From: a virus
Lineage: Duplodnaviria; Caudoviricetes
DNA: 63,419 nucleotides
IMG/VR virus record: IMGVR_UViG_3300026512_000011
Coordinates: 1-63,419 of that record
Direction: 5' to 3' (one strand)
The notes below the pieces were generated by a model that did not search any database, was not told the DNA's origin, and saw only the letters and a list, made by a program, of their open reading frames with translations. Shown here one piece after another: positions 1 through 9,865 of the stretch. Each line of letters opens with the position of its first letter. The first letter of the stretch is position 1. The translations under genes were made by a program, and so were the position numbers.

Positions 1-5
1 AGGAG

Positions 6-608
6 TTATTTGAATCTGATTTTAATACCTTCAAATTTTGATGATTTTAACCATCCTACATTGATGGTTAGTTGTTTAGATTTAACAGGAATTTTTATTT
101 CTAAATATGGTAATATTAGCTTTTCAAATTGTCTTATTTGAAATGTTATATACTTGTTATTGATACAATACTTCACTACTCCTTTATATTTACCTACTAA
201 TTTATATGCTATCAAGTGAGATAAGTTATTAGACGAATTTCTAAATCCATTCCAATAATAACTTCTCAAAAATTCTTTTATTGATTCATTGTTTCTAATG
301 TATGGTAATTTACAGATTAATTCCACTATTTTAGATTTGTGTTCATAAGGATGATAATATTTCTTGAAATCAGAATATATAGAATCATCAAACCATAACC
401 AAATAAATAATTGAAATAGATTATTCTTTTCTAAAACTAAATCAATATTCCAATTATTAAATGTATATGCTTTATCAGGTTTATAAAATATATTTCTTAA
501 TGGATATACAAATGGAAAAACGATAGCTGATATAATTTTCTTAATTGGAGTCAAAATTATTCTTATTAGAAGTATTAAAGATTGAATAATACAACTTTTA
601 ATATTCAT
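6..608 (-). CDS. hypothetical protein, hydrophobic N-terminus
   Basis: 200 aa ORF with AAGGAG RBS; last gene of the leftward arm. Confidence 0.7.
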   Translation of the reverse strand: MNIKSCIIQSLILLIRIILTPIKKIISAIVFPFVYPLRNIFYKPDKAYTFNNWNIDLVLEKNNLFQLFIWLWFDDSIYSDFKKYYHPYEHKSKIVELICKLPYIRNNESIKEFLRSYYWNGFRNSSNNLSHLIAYKLVGKYKGVVKYCINNKYITFQIRQFEKLILPYLEIKIPVKSKQLTINVGWLKSSKFEGIKIRFK

Positions 609-619
609 ATCTCTCTCCT

Positions 620-1546
620 TTAAGTTAATAGTTTGTTGTTATGTATTCTAAAATTAAAAACTTGAAATTCGGATGGAGATAAAGTTTCTATATATGCAAA
701 TCCATTATTCCAGTTGTTAATAGGAGAATATTGAGGATGAAGATGGCAAAGAGAACCTACTGACCAAGCTCCTTGAATTTGATTAAGAATGTTGCGTTGG
801 TAATATGATTGTGTAGTATGGAAATGTCCAAATATTATATTAGCTTGAGTTTTTAGAAACATTGAGCGTGCTATGTTAATAGTTGAATAGTTAACTTTTA
901 CTTCGTGTCCGTGTAAAAATATTAAATTATTTATATGGAATGGAATTTGATTTTGTTCTATGTGTTTTATTTGAGAAATGTAAAAAATATCTAATTCTGA
1001 TAATTTGAGAAGATTAGGAATTGATAAATCATCAAGATATGAGAATTCTTTAGCTTTAGATATTAAATATCTTTCTGCTCTCTGTTCGTGGTTAGCTTCT
1101 ATATAATAAATAACTGAATCTGGAAATTCTTTTCTTAATTCTTTTAAAAATTGTTTTGCCATTTCTAATTCTTCCACTAATGAATATTGATTTTTGTTTT
1201 TCCAAAATGAAATAGACTCAAAATCTATTACATCTCCTCCTAATATTAAAACATCTATATTTTTATCTTTTAAATATTCTAATGCTATGTCTAATGATTT
1301 TTTATCTTCGTGTCCTAAATGTATATCTGACATAAAGCCTATTTTTATTTCTTCTTTTGAATAATGAGATTCTTTTCTTAATTGAAGATATTTATCATAT
1401 ATATTTGCTTTCTTTAATACTCTTGTAATTTGGGATTTTGATGTATTAAACATAGATGCTAATTTGTGAAGAGATGGAATGGATTTTGAATTTGAATTAA
1501 GTTTGCTTTGGATGTAGTTAAGTATTAACTGATTCTTACTCATCAA
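620..1546 (-). CDS. calcineurin-like metallophosphoesterase with N-terminal HTH-like segment
   Basis: motifs SDIH, GGDVID, EANHE, HGH, GHFH; SLHKLASMFNTSKSQITRVL is HTH-like. Confidence 0.85.
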   Translation of the reverse strand: MMSKNQLILNYIQSKLNSNSKSIPSLHKLASMFNTSKSQITRVLKKANIYDKYLQLRKESHYSKEEIKIGFMSDIHLGHEDKKSLDIALEYLKDKNIDVLILGGDVIDFESISFWKNKNQYSLVEELEMAKQFLKELRKEFPDSVIYYIEANHEQRAERYLISKAKEFSYLDDLSIPNLLKLSELDIFYISQIKHIEQNQIPFHINNLIFLHGHEVKVNYSTINIARSMFLKTQANIIFGHFHTTQSYYQRNILNQIQGAWSVGSLCHLHPQYSPINNWNNGFAYIETLSPSEFQVFNFRIHNNKLLT

Positions 1547-2033
1547 TACTTACCTCTCTCTTTTTTGTATATTCTTTATACAAAGAATATGTAACTTCTT
1601 CTTCTGTTAACTTTAAATATTTCGAAAAATTATAATTTTCAACTATAAAATAAGAAAAATAACCTAAATAAAAGGAAAAATCATAAATAGAAATCTTGCT
1701 TATTTCTAATAATTGATTAGCATATGCTTCCAACTCACATTCATATGCTTTTTGTAAAAACTTATCAAAAAATGAAAAATAAACTGTTCCTGATATAATG
1801 TTTATAAGCATACTAATTGAATATAAAATCGGATTCTTAAAAAATTGTTTTGAATGAGTTAATTCGTGTTTAAGTAATGGAATATCATTTTTACTTTTAT
1901 TTCTGATTAAAATAATAAATCCAGCTACATTATATCCTGAATATCTTTTAGGAATAAATCTATCTGTATGAATAATAAAAACAGGAAATTTAATAGGGAT
2001 AGATTTGAAAGGTTTAATCCATTTAATTTCCAT
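1536..2033 (-). CDS. putative zincin-like metallopeptidase
   Basis: HELTH (HExxH) plus downstream ELEAY; start moved to MEIKW at 2033 (TAATG coupling). Confidence 0.55.
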   Translation of the reverse strand: MEIKWIKPFKSIPIKFPVFIIHTDRFIPKRYSGYNVAGFIILIRNKSKNDIPLLKHELTHSKQFFKNPILYSISMLINIISGTVYFSFFDKFLQKAYECELEAYANQLLEISKISIYDFSFYLGYFSYFIVENYNFSKYLKLTEEEVTYSLYKEYTKKREVSIDE

Positions 2034-2569
2034 TAATCTATCTCCCAACTATACCTTATGCTGTTTCCATCATAAAAATATTCAAAATTTAATAGAGGAG
2101 AAAGCATAAACATTTTAGGGGATATTTCATAAGGTTTTAAATGATTATACAAATCAATTCCTATTTGGGATAATAAATAAGTTGGTAATTCAGAATCAAA
2201 AAATCTATCAATCTCGCCATAAGATTTATTAGAAGTAATACCTAAAGAAGATAAATAATCATAATTAAGATTACAAAAATACATTTCATTTAATAAATTC
2301 CAAAACTTGTTATATTGCTCTTCTGTTACTTTTATTGATTTTACTACAAAAGGAGTATGATGGTTGTGAATGTTTCTCCATACTTTATAACTTATACCAC
2401 GAAAAGGCATCATTTCTATTACTAATGGATTGATTTTATTTAAGAAATCTGAAATTATCCCTATATGAACAATCGGGAATTTACCTTGTCTATAATAGAT
2501 GAGTTTTGTATATATATCTTCAGGATAAGAACCAATAAAATAAATTTTATTTGATTTATTATCTTCCAT
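2033..2569 (-). CDS. permuted papain-like (NlpC/P60 YiiX/YaeF-type) protein, catalytic Cys apparently replaced
   Basis: N-terminal VHIGI, central YDY, C-terminal FFDSEL where the family has CSEL, then ISP. Confidence 0.55.
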   Translation of the reverse strand: MEDNKSNKIYFIGSYPEDIYTKLIYYRQGKFPIVHIGIISDFLNKINPLVIEMMPFRGISYKVWRNIHNHHTPFVVKSIKVTEEQYNKFWNLLNEMYFCNLNYDYLSSLGITSNKSYGEIDRFFDSELPTYLLSQIGIDLYNHLKPYEISPKMFMLSPLLNFEYFYDGNSIRYSWEID

Positions 2570-2578
2570 TTCAATTAC

Positions 2579-3094
2579 CTACCTATATGGATGTATGGTT
2601 TTAACATTTAAAGTTGATAATATAAAAGCTCTTCCTATCATTATGGCATCTGCAATTCCATCATCTTTTTTGGCTAAAGTTAAGTTATATAAATCATTTA
2701 CGATTTTAATTGTATCTTGTTTAGATTTTTTAATTAATCCTACTTTAGATTTCCAACTTTGAGGATGGATAAGATATACATTATTAATTCCTACTGATTT
2801 TATAGATAAACCAACTATTAATCCTTTTTGATAGCCAAAATTAAATGCAGATACTTTCCCATCAGTAGGTCTTGAATGTATATCCTCTATAACAATTAAA
2901 GAACTATCTTGAAGAATTGTTATTAATTCAGGAATATTAATATCAGATTTGATTTTTATTTTTCCTTTTCTTTTTATTTGAGTTTTTATTACAGGCATTG
3001 GATAGAAATCAATTAATACTGCTTCAGAATTATTTAATATTTGGTGTTTAGCCACTCCACCTTTATAACCTATATCAATAGATGTAACTATCAT
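2579..3094 (-). CDS. ruvC: RuvC-like Holliday junction resolvase
   Basis: SIDIG, IVIED, SAFNFG, PQSWK, DGIADA motifs. Confidence 0.85.
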   Translation of the reverse strand: MIVTSIDIGYKGGVAKHQILNNSEAVLIDFYPMPVIKTQIKRKGKIKIKSDINIPELITILQDSSLIVIEDIHSRPTDGKVSAFNFGYQKGLIVGLSIKSVGINNVYLIHPQSWKSKVGLIKKSKQDTIKIVNDLYNLTLAKKDDGIADAIMIGRAFILSTLNVKTIHPYR

Positions 3095-3103
3095 AATTTC
3101 CTC

Positions 3104-3517
3104 TTATAATACTTTTAATCTTATTGCTATTATACCTATAATAGCCCAAAGTAACAATTTTTCTAATATTCCTAATGTCAATTTCCAATATCTTTCAGAT
3201 TGTTTTTCCCTTTCTTTTTCTATTCTGGACAATCTTACATTCATTAATTGTATCTCGTTTTCAGATTTTTCTATTCTTTTTTGTATATCATTTATTGCCT
3301 CACAACAAGAAATCAAACGCTTAAATTCAAAATCAAGTTCTTGTTGTTTTCTTTCTATTTTAACTAATTCTTTAAATGCAGTTTTTAACTCTTGGACATC
3401 TTCTTTTATATGGTCTATATCATTAGCAAACTTATTAAAATGAGTTTTCATTTCTATTATTAAATCAGCAATTGAAATCTCGTTCAATTGCTCTTCTCCT
3501 TTTTTATTATTATTCAT
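3104..3517 (-). CDS. coiled-coil protein with C-terminal transmembrane helix, lysis-region associated
   Basis: heptad-rich body, hydrophobic C-terminus, directly downstream of the endolysin. Confidence 0.6.
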   Translation of the reverse strand: MNNNKKGEEQLNEISIADLIIEMKTHFNKFANDIDHIKEDVQELKTAFKELVKIERKQQELDFEFKRLISCCEAINDIQKRIEKSENEIQLMNVRLSRIEKEREKQSERYWKLTLGILEKLLLWAIIGIIAIRLKVL

Positions 3518-3519
3518 AA

Positions 3520-3936
3520 TTACCTCTCTTTGTTATAATAATGCCAAACAACATTTTGAGGTTTTTCTTTATCAATATCTAAATGGATAAATGATTTTCC
3601 TATTCCAATTCTATTAAATAAATCAAACTTAAAAACTATATCTAAAATTTCATATCTATCTCTTGAATTTGTGCAAGCTATATCTACTGCTAATCCTTTA
3701 GTATGTGCAGAATCAGGAACTCCTCCTACTTGTTTATTATATTCAGGACATCTATAAGCTGAAGTAATAAAAATAGGCTTTCCTATTTGTGTCCTTATAT
3801 CTTCAAGTTTTAAAATTAAATCAGTATCTATTTTTAATTTACCACAATGTTTACAAATAAATTCTTCAGCTTTAAAATGTTTAATTCCGTTTTCCTCTAT
3901 CCATTTTCTTAATTGTTCTATGTTTTCTATTATCAT
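3520..3936 (-). CDS. peptidase M15A-family endolysin
   Basis: ITSAYRC..YN..VGG..SAH..GLAVD and FIHLD zinc-peptidase motifs. Confidence 0.9.
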   Translation of the reverse strand: MIIENIEQLRKWIEENGIKHFKAEEFICKHCGKLKIDTDLILKLEDIRTQIGKPIFITSAYRCPEYNKQVGGVPDSAHTKGLAVDIACTNSRDRYEILDIVFKFDLFNRIGIGKSFIHLDIDKEKPQNVVWHYYNKER

Positions 3937-4246
3937 TTTGCACCTCTTTATTTTTCATTTTATCTATTTGTAATTCATAACATTCTATTGTTGCTTCTAA
4001 TGATTTTGTATATGCTTTAATGTCAATTAAATCTGATATTAATATTTTGATATTTTCGGAAGAAGTCAAGGGAAGATTTTTGTTTAATTTTTTGAGAATA
4101 GGTTTAGATGGTTTAACACATTTTTGAGGATAAATGTATTTATATTCAACTTTAGTAATTACTCTTTCTTTATATAAAGAACACGATGCTAAACTAAAAA
4201 TCAGATAAAATATTATTAATAGTTTCAATGACTTTAGTTTGTTCAT
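3881..4246 (-). CDS. o-spanin (Rz1-like lipoprotein)
   Basis: signal peptide with lipobox LASC, Pro-rich segment, overlaps the i-spanin 3' end. Confidence 0.75.
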   Translation of the reverse strand: MNKLKSLKLLIIFYLIFSLASCSLYKERVITKVEYKYIYPQKCVKPSKPILKKLNKNLPLTSSENIKILISDLIDIKAYTKSLEATIECYELQIDKMKNKEVQNDNRKHRTIKKMDRGKRN

Positions 4247-4598
4247 CTCTGGATAACCTCAATCTGTTTTTAGGAATTTGTTTAATAATTTTGGATTTAA
4301 GTTTGTTTGATTGTTTTTGAATATCTTTTATTTTATTTTGATTTTCCTTTAAAATTGAAAGTTGTTCTTGTAATAATTTGTTTTTTCTTTTCTCTTCTTT
4401 GATATTTGCTTTTAAAACTTCTATTTCTTTTACTTTATTTTGATAAAGAGTTTTGTATTTCTCTACTTCATTATTCAATGAATGTATTTTAAATCTTACA
4501 TATAATCCTATTAATACAACTACTAATGTCAACACTCCACTAAAAAGCAACTTTCTGTTTTTTACCAAAACATTAAACAAATAAATAATGAAAGGCAT
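4194..4598 (-). CDS. i-spanin (Rz-like)
   Basis: N-terminal TM helix followed by coiled coil; sits between holin and lipoprotein. Confidence 0.7.
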   Translation of the reverse strand: MPFIIYLFNVLVKNRKLLFSGVLTLVVVLIGLYVRFKIHSLNNEVEKYKTLYQNKVKEIEVLKANIKEEKRKNKLLQEQLSILKENQNKIKDIQKQSNKLKSKIIKQIPKNRLRLSRDEQTKVIETINNILSDF

Positions 4599-4607
4599 AA
4601 TAAACTC

Positions 4608-4862
4608 CTATTTAGTTTTAGAAATTTCATTTCTTTCTGAAATCCAATTAGTTAATGTTGCATTAATGTTAGGTAACTTTTTACCAAAATTATACAACAA
4701 TAACATCCCATATATAGTTACCATATTAAATGGTATATCTTCACCTTTAAAAATAAACCTATACAAGATAGCAAAAGTAAATAACCATAACATAGTTCTT
4801 CCGATAGATGCATTTTTACCATCATCTGATATTAGAGTCCTAAAATTCATTACTCCCCCCAA
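4608..4862 (-). CDS. putative holin
   Basis: 84 aa, two hydrophobic helices, charged C-terminus, first gene of the lysis cluster. Confidence 0.6.
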   Translation of the reverse strand: MGGVMNFRTLISDDGKNASIGRTMLWLFTFAILYRFIFKGEDIPFNMVTIYGMLLLYNFGKKLPNINATLTNWISERNEISKTK

Positions 4863-7800
4863 ATAAACAATGGTTCTATTTCTTCTGTTTCTTTATCAAA
4901 TTTATAAACATTTCTATTTTCTGTCATAAAAATAGTATAATTTCCTCTATCATATCTCCAACTTACTTTACCATTCTCCATTCCAGTTTTATCTAAAACA
5001 GTTTTTTCTATTTTAGAAGCATCAGATAATTTCATAGAATCAAATAATTTTACTCTAACAAGACGATACTCGTTATTAATGTAATACAAATAAGCTGATG
5101 AAGAATCAACTTTTGTCGCAACAAATTCAAGAGAATAACCAAATTGCATATCACTAAATATTGATGATACATCTATTACACCAGTAACATCTTTACTTCT
5201 ATGCAATAAATAAAACTTGTTGTTTGTTATAGAATAAATAAAACTCCCCTCTCCATTATAAGCTGAATTAGGATAATAATCATAAGAAAATACTAATGGA
5301 TTTATTATTAAATTACTACCTAATGATTTTATATCCAAATTACCAGTATAAAATAGTTCGCCCCAACCTTTATCCATTCTTGCATATCTATAATTTAGAC
5401 TCTCTAAATTACCATTTGAATCTTTTACTGCTTGCAATGCTACAAAAGCATATTCTCCTGTATTCAGGAAATTAGCCGATGCAGTATTATAAAAAAATAC
5501 TGGAGTAGAAATGTTTGTAAAATACATTACATTTGAATTCTCATCTGGAGAAATAAGTGGAATTTCTCTAAAGCTAACTCCATCTATTAATAAAGAATCT
5601 CCATTATAAACAGAACCATTGTTATATGTATAAGGAGGAGTAAACATAAACGCTTTGTCATTGTAAATAGATATAGAATACCCACAATGATACAAATAAA
5701 TTGTTCTGTTATTTGAATGAGAATACAAATCAAAAATTTTAATTTTATTTGAAAAAGCAGATGAACTTTCATTATCACCTAAATCGTGAGTAGAATAATA
5801 ACTATTAAATGCTCTCGATATAGGAGATATTATCATAAAATCTCTTATAAAAACTAAATCTCCATCGCTATTTTCTATATCAGATATATGAGATTTAGCA
5901 AGTGCTTTTATATTTCCTACATAAGTTTGGTCATACCATATATCTAATGAATTTGGAAGTTGTGTTATATCTACATTATAAATATCAGGTTCATATACAT
6001 CATCATATAATTTTCTATCTTCTTTGATTGCTGTTATTTGGATTAATTTATTTTGATAGTCTATTCTTTTATCTATAACTCTGAATAATTCATTCTTAAT
6101 TCCATATCTATCATTTTTAAGGAAAAATAATTGACCTATATCTAAATCAATATATTTATATGGAATTGAGAAATTAACAGTTAAAGATAATCTACTCCTT
6201 TCAAGAAAATAAGTTCCTAATACTTTAGCTTGTTGTTTGTCACAACCTTGTAATATTAAAGAACTTTGGTTAGGGATATGTCCATTTACTTCTACTGAAT
6301 CTGGAATTAATAAAGTATCTGACTTATAATCAAGAGTAGGATTAATAAAAGTTATCTTAATTTGGTCATACATAGAAAATATATCTGAATAGTTTATGTT
6401 AAATGATTGGTTATCAGGTTCAATTTCTACTATATCTGGATATAACAAACCTTTACTTATCTCATAATCTACATCTCTAAATCTTATTTCATATTTTCCA
6501 AACCTATATACTAAATCTCCTCTAAAATGATTAAGAATGTTTTGAATTATATCTCCAGCTTTACCATTAATTATCAATCCATTGAATTCAAAATTCTTAA
6601 AATCACAATATTCTTTAGATAAATTATACCAATCATCATCTATTTTATCTTTTGATATTCCTAATCCATATCTTTCATTTGTTAGAAAGTCATATAATAC
6701 ATCTACTGGATTAGTGATTAAATTTCCATTATCGTCTATCTTACCTTCAAGTTTTACAGTTATATTTGGAACATTTTTAAATACATCTCTATTGTAAGAA
6801 AGTCTGGAAAAGAATAAAGATATTTTATTGTCTTGAAGTTTATTAAATGCAGAAGAAGAAGAATCTGTTTTCATAAATCCTTTTGAAACAAATTCTTGAA
6901 ACAAAGAATCGCTACTATCTACTTTTGTCCACGTAGATGAAGAATTAGATTTATCTAATTTATACAAATCAACACCATCAAAATATAGAAAATCTACTTT
7001 ATCAAAAAGTTTTTTGTCTATCGAAAAATAACTATCTCCATTATCAGTAGAGTATGCAGTTATAGATACATTTTGTATAGATATTGAGCTTTCTTTAGTA
7101 GTTATTTCAAAATAAACATTTCCATAATAATCTTTATACAAACTAACATCAGCTAAATCTTTTGTTATTGTATAGGAATGACAATCAACAATATCATCTG
7201 GATTATCGCAAACTTTATATGTTTTAGAATTTGATATTGTTTTTGTTTCTCCTAAAGAAAGAGTTATATCTTTTGTGACACGCACTTTTTGTTCTTTATA
7301 TACTACTTCATATCCACAATCTAATCCTCCAGTCTGTTCATTCCAACTACAATAATGTTTTATTTGTGGAACTTGGTTTATATAAGTAAAACATATTTTA
7401 GCTTTAATATTTGTGATATTTGGCTTTAATTTGTATTTATAATTAGTCGAAGATTTGTTAACAATTTTTGCAGGGAAAAGAGAATTATCATCAAAATAAA
7501 CATCTAATATCTTTCCTGTTTGTCCTTCCCCTAAAGCAATCACTTGATATAAATATTTATTGTTTTCTCCTCCTACTGATTGAAAAACAATGTTACCTCC
7601 TACTCTATTTATACCATAAATAATGGGAATAGGTTTACCTATCTCACCTTGTTTATTTACTAAAAATCCATTATCTACTATATCAGTCCCTAAATCAGGA
7701 ACATCAGGTTGAGAGAATATAGAAGACAAAAAAGAATATCCAGCTAAAGCATATCCTATTTCAGGATGACCAGTTGCAAATGCTACAATTGAGCCTACCG

Positions 7801-7903
7801 ATGCTATTAATGATGTAATTGCTCCTATCGTAGAACCAAAAAAATGATGGATGGAATGAGTAAGATGATGCACAGCGTGTTTTATTGAACCTAAAACTCC
7901 CAT
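4850..7903 (-). CDS. tail tip / host-specificity protein (lambda gpJ-like hub)
   Basis: PIPIIYG..RVGG, NPVDVLYDFLTNERYGLG and F.NP..DY motifs of phage tail tip proteins; 1017 aa. Confidence 0.85.
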   Translation of the reverse strand: MGVLGSIKHAVHHLTHSIHHFFGSTIGAITSLIASVGSIVAFATGHPEIGYALAGYSFLSSIFSQPDVPDLGTDIVDNGFLVNKQGEIGKPIPIIYGINRVGGNIVFQSVGGENNKYLYQVIALGEGQTGKILDVYFDDNSLFPAKIVNKSSTNYKYKLKPNITNIKAKICFTYINQVPQIKHYCSWNEQTGGLDCGYEVVYKEQKVRVTKDITLSLGETKTISNSKTYKVCDNPDDIVDCHSYTITKDLADVSLYKDYYGNVYFEITTKESSISIQNVSITAYSTDNGDSYFSIDKKLFDKVDFLYFDGVDLYKLDKSNSSSTWTKVDSSDSLFQEFVSKGFMKTDSSSSAFNKLQDNKISLFFSRLSYNRDVFKNVPNITVKLEGKIDDNGNLITNPVDVLYDFLTNERYGLGISKDKIDDDWYNLSKEYCDFKNFEFNGLIINGKAGDIIQNILNHFRGDLVYRFGKYEIRFRDVDYEISKGLLYPDIVEIEPDNQSFNINYSDIFSMYDQIKITFINPTLDYKSDTLLIPDSVEVNGHIPNQSSLILQGCDKQQAKVLGTYFLERSRLSLTVNFSIPYKYIDLDIGQLFFLKNDRYGIKNELFRVIDKRIDYQNKLIQITAIKEDRKLYDDVYEPDIYNVDITQLPNSLDIWYDQTYVGNIKALAKSHISDIENSDGDLVFIRDFMIISPISRAFNSYYSTHDLGDNESSSAFSNKIKIFDLYSHSNNRTIYLYHCGYSISIYNDKAFMFTPPYTYNNGSVYNGDSLLIDGVSFREIPLISPDENSNVMYFTNISTPVFFYNTASANFLNTGEYAFVALQAVKDSNGNLESLNYRYARMDKGWGELFYTGNLDIKSLGSNLIINPLVFSYDYYPNSAYNGEGSFIYSITNNKFYLLHRSKDVTGVIDVSSIFSDMQFGYSLEFVATKVDSSSAYLYYINNEYRLVRVKLFDSMKLSDASKIEKTVLDKTGMENGKVSWRYDRGNYTIFMTENRNVYKFDKETEEIEPLFIWGE

Positions 7904-8415
7904 TATTTACTCCCCCATTTTAATACTTTAGTTGGAGAAATATCTCCAATGTTTGGAAATAAATTAGTTGTGTATATTCTTAATGGAGAAGTATTCCAAT
8001 ACACTAATTCACTTTTAGCTGTTATTTCTATTTGTTTATTATTTATTTGGATTGATGATATTAACCCTGAAAATAAAGTTAACCTTATATCTACATTTCC
8101 ATTATCATCTAATACTGCAAAACTAACTTCTATTTTGTTTTTTCTTTGGTCTGAATTGAGGAAAATAGAATTAAATGTTTGTTGTGTATTATCTATTGTA
8201 ATTTTAATGTTATCTATTGAGTTAGAAATAGAATAATTGACATCATTCAAAGTAAAAGCTAAAGGTTTGTAAACTCGATTATCATCATCTTTTACAGGAA
8301 TATCATAATTAGTAAACTTAAAAATAACAGACACATCATTATCATTCAATTCTATATCCAACAGTAAAGCAACTTTGTTGAAATATTTCTTTAATTCATC
8401 AATGTTGTTTATCAT
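7903..8415 (-). CDS. minor tail / baseplate hub protein (gpL/DUF2163-like)
   Basis: IKITIDN, LFSGLISSI, IEITAKS pattern; position before the tail tip; start moved to ATG 8415 after GAGGAG. Confidence 0.6.
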   Translation of the reverse strand: MINNIDELKKYFNKVALLLDIELNDNDVSVIFKFTNYDIPVKDDDNRVYKPLAFTLNDVNYSISNSIDNIKITIDNTQQTFNSIFLNSDQRKNKIEVSFAVLDDNGNVDIRLTLFSGLISSIQINNKQIEITAKSELVYWNTSPLRIYTTNLFPNIGDISPTKVLKWGSK

Positions 8416-8466
8416 CAACAAACTCCTCAATTTATTTCAATATTTAATTTATCCTTTAAACAAAAT

Positions 8467-8490
8467 AAAAAAAGCCTCCATAAGGAGGCT
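8467..8490 (-). terminator. rho-independent terminator
   Basis: AGCCTCC-TTAT-GGAGGCT followed by a T run on the minus strand. Confidence 0.8.
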
Positions 8491-8515
8491 CAACATAACT
8501 TATGTATTATTTATA

Positions 8516-9427
8516 CTATCCTTCAATCTTTAACAAAAGATTAAGGTTATATGTTCCATTTGTGTTTTGGCTTACTGTTATTTTATTAGTTGGAAATGAA
8601 CAAATATATCTGGGAGAACCATAAACAGATGTTAATACTTTTTTAGATAAAAGAACGCTATCAGCTCCTACTGTTATAATAATTGTGTTTTTAGTAAAAT
8701 TAGTTTTATATTTTAATACATCTCCATCTATATAACAATCAGCTTTTGTTAGTTGGAAAATATTAACAGAAGAGGAAATAGTTAAATTAGTTAAATCTAC
8801 CGAATACATTAAATCAATTTCAACTTTTTGATTATTATGAGCTAATACTACTTTTCCATTTGAAATAGAAATTTGATAAATTATAGCTTTTTTAAAAGTT
8901 CCTAAAAAATCAAATTCTTTAATAAAAAGATTAGATATTTGTTTAGAAATTACTTCTTTATCTGTTTTTACAGATAAAACTAAACTTTGAGAATTTACTT
9001 GTCTTACTTTGATTGAAATTGAATTATTGTAAATGTTTATATATTCTACATCTCCATCCCTATATTCTTGTTCTATAAACAAAGTAAAAGGAGCTGATAC
9101 TTCTTCATTTATTGATACTGAAGAATCTTCAGGATTAACATTGTTATATGTAATACTTGAGGATAACCAAACATTATCAGCTTTTGTTGAATCTTTAGCA
9201 ATTACACAATCAACATTTCTGATTGTTAAATAATTAGATTCTTTTGTATAAGGATATTTATTGAAAGTCCAATAATAAAAATTATCAAAAATGGAATTTT
9301 GAATAAAAGACAAAAGAGTATCTTTATCAAAAGAAGACAAAGAATCATATCCCATATACATATAATCTTCTGAATATTGCTCTTTTTTATACTCTTCTTT
9401 AGGTTGTATATTAGGAAATGTTAACAT
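8516..9427 (-). CDS. tail protein, probable second distal-tail (Dit-like) paralog with inserted beta-rich domain
   Basis: N- and C-terminal patterns resemble the 11259-11843 product by eye. Confidence 0.45.
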   Translation of the reverse strand: MLTFPNIQPKEEYKKEQYSEDYMYMGYDSLSSFDKDTLLSFIQNSIFDNFYYWTFNKYPYTKESNYLTIRNVDCVIAKDSTKADNVWLSSSITYNNVNPEDSSVSINEEVSAPFTLFIEQEYRDGDVEYINIYNNSISIKVRQVNSQSLVLSVKTDKEVISKQISNLFIKEFDFLGTFKKAIIYQISISNGKVVLAHNNQKVEIDLMYSVDLTNLTISSSVNIFQLTKADCYIDGDVLKYKTNFTKNTIIITVGADSVLLSKKVLTSVYGSPRYICSFPTNKITVSQNTNGTYNLNLLLKIEG

Positions 9428-9438
9428 AATAACCTCTC

Positions 9439-9855
9439 TTATTTATTTTCTTTCATTTCCTTCTCTAAATCTTTTGCTAAAGCATCATATATAGGATATA
9501 CCCAACCCTTTAAATTTAGTTTTAACAATTCCTCAAAAGACATAGAATTAATTTGTTTTTCTAATTCTTCTTCTTTATTCCACAAAACATCATAAAGTTT
9601 TTGCAAATAAATAGCATCAGAATCTTTATCTATATCAGCATCATAGTTAATCTCGCCCATATTTCTATAACCACCTCTCTTTTGTGCAATTGAATAAAAA
9701 TAATTATCTGTTAGCCAATTCAAAGTATCTATTACACAACTACGCAATTCATTTTCGTTTTCAGGAACATTCCAAATTTTATTTCCACTTTCATCTACCA
9801 CAAAAGGTTCAATGTTTTCGTAAATTAAATCTCCGATTTTAATTATTTTAATCAT
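9439..9855 (-). CDS. putative tail fibre assembly protein
   Basis: 138 aa acidic helical protein directly after the fibre-like gene. Confidence 0.45.
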   Translation of the reverse strand: MIKIIKIGDLIYENIEPFVVDESGNKIWNVPENENELRSCVIDTLNWLTDNYFYSIAQKRGGYRNMGEINYDADIDKDSDAIYLQKLYDVLWNKEEELEKQINSMSFEELLKLNLKGWVYPIYDALAKDLEKEMKENK

Positions 9856-9865
9856 TTATACCTCC

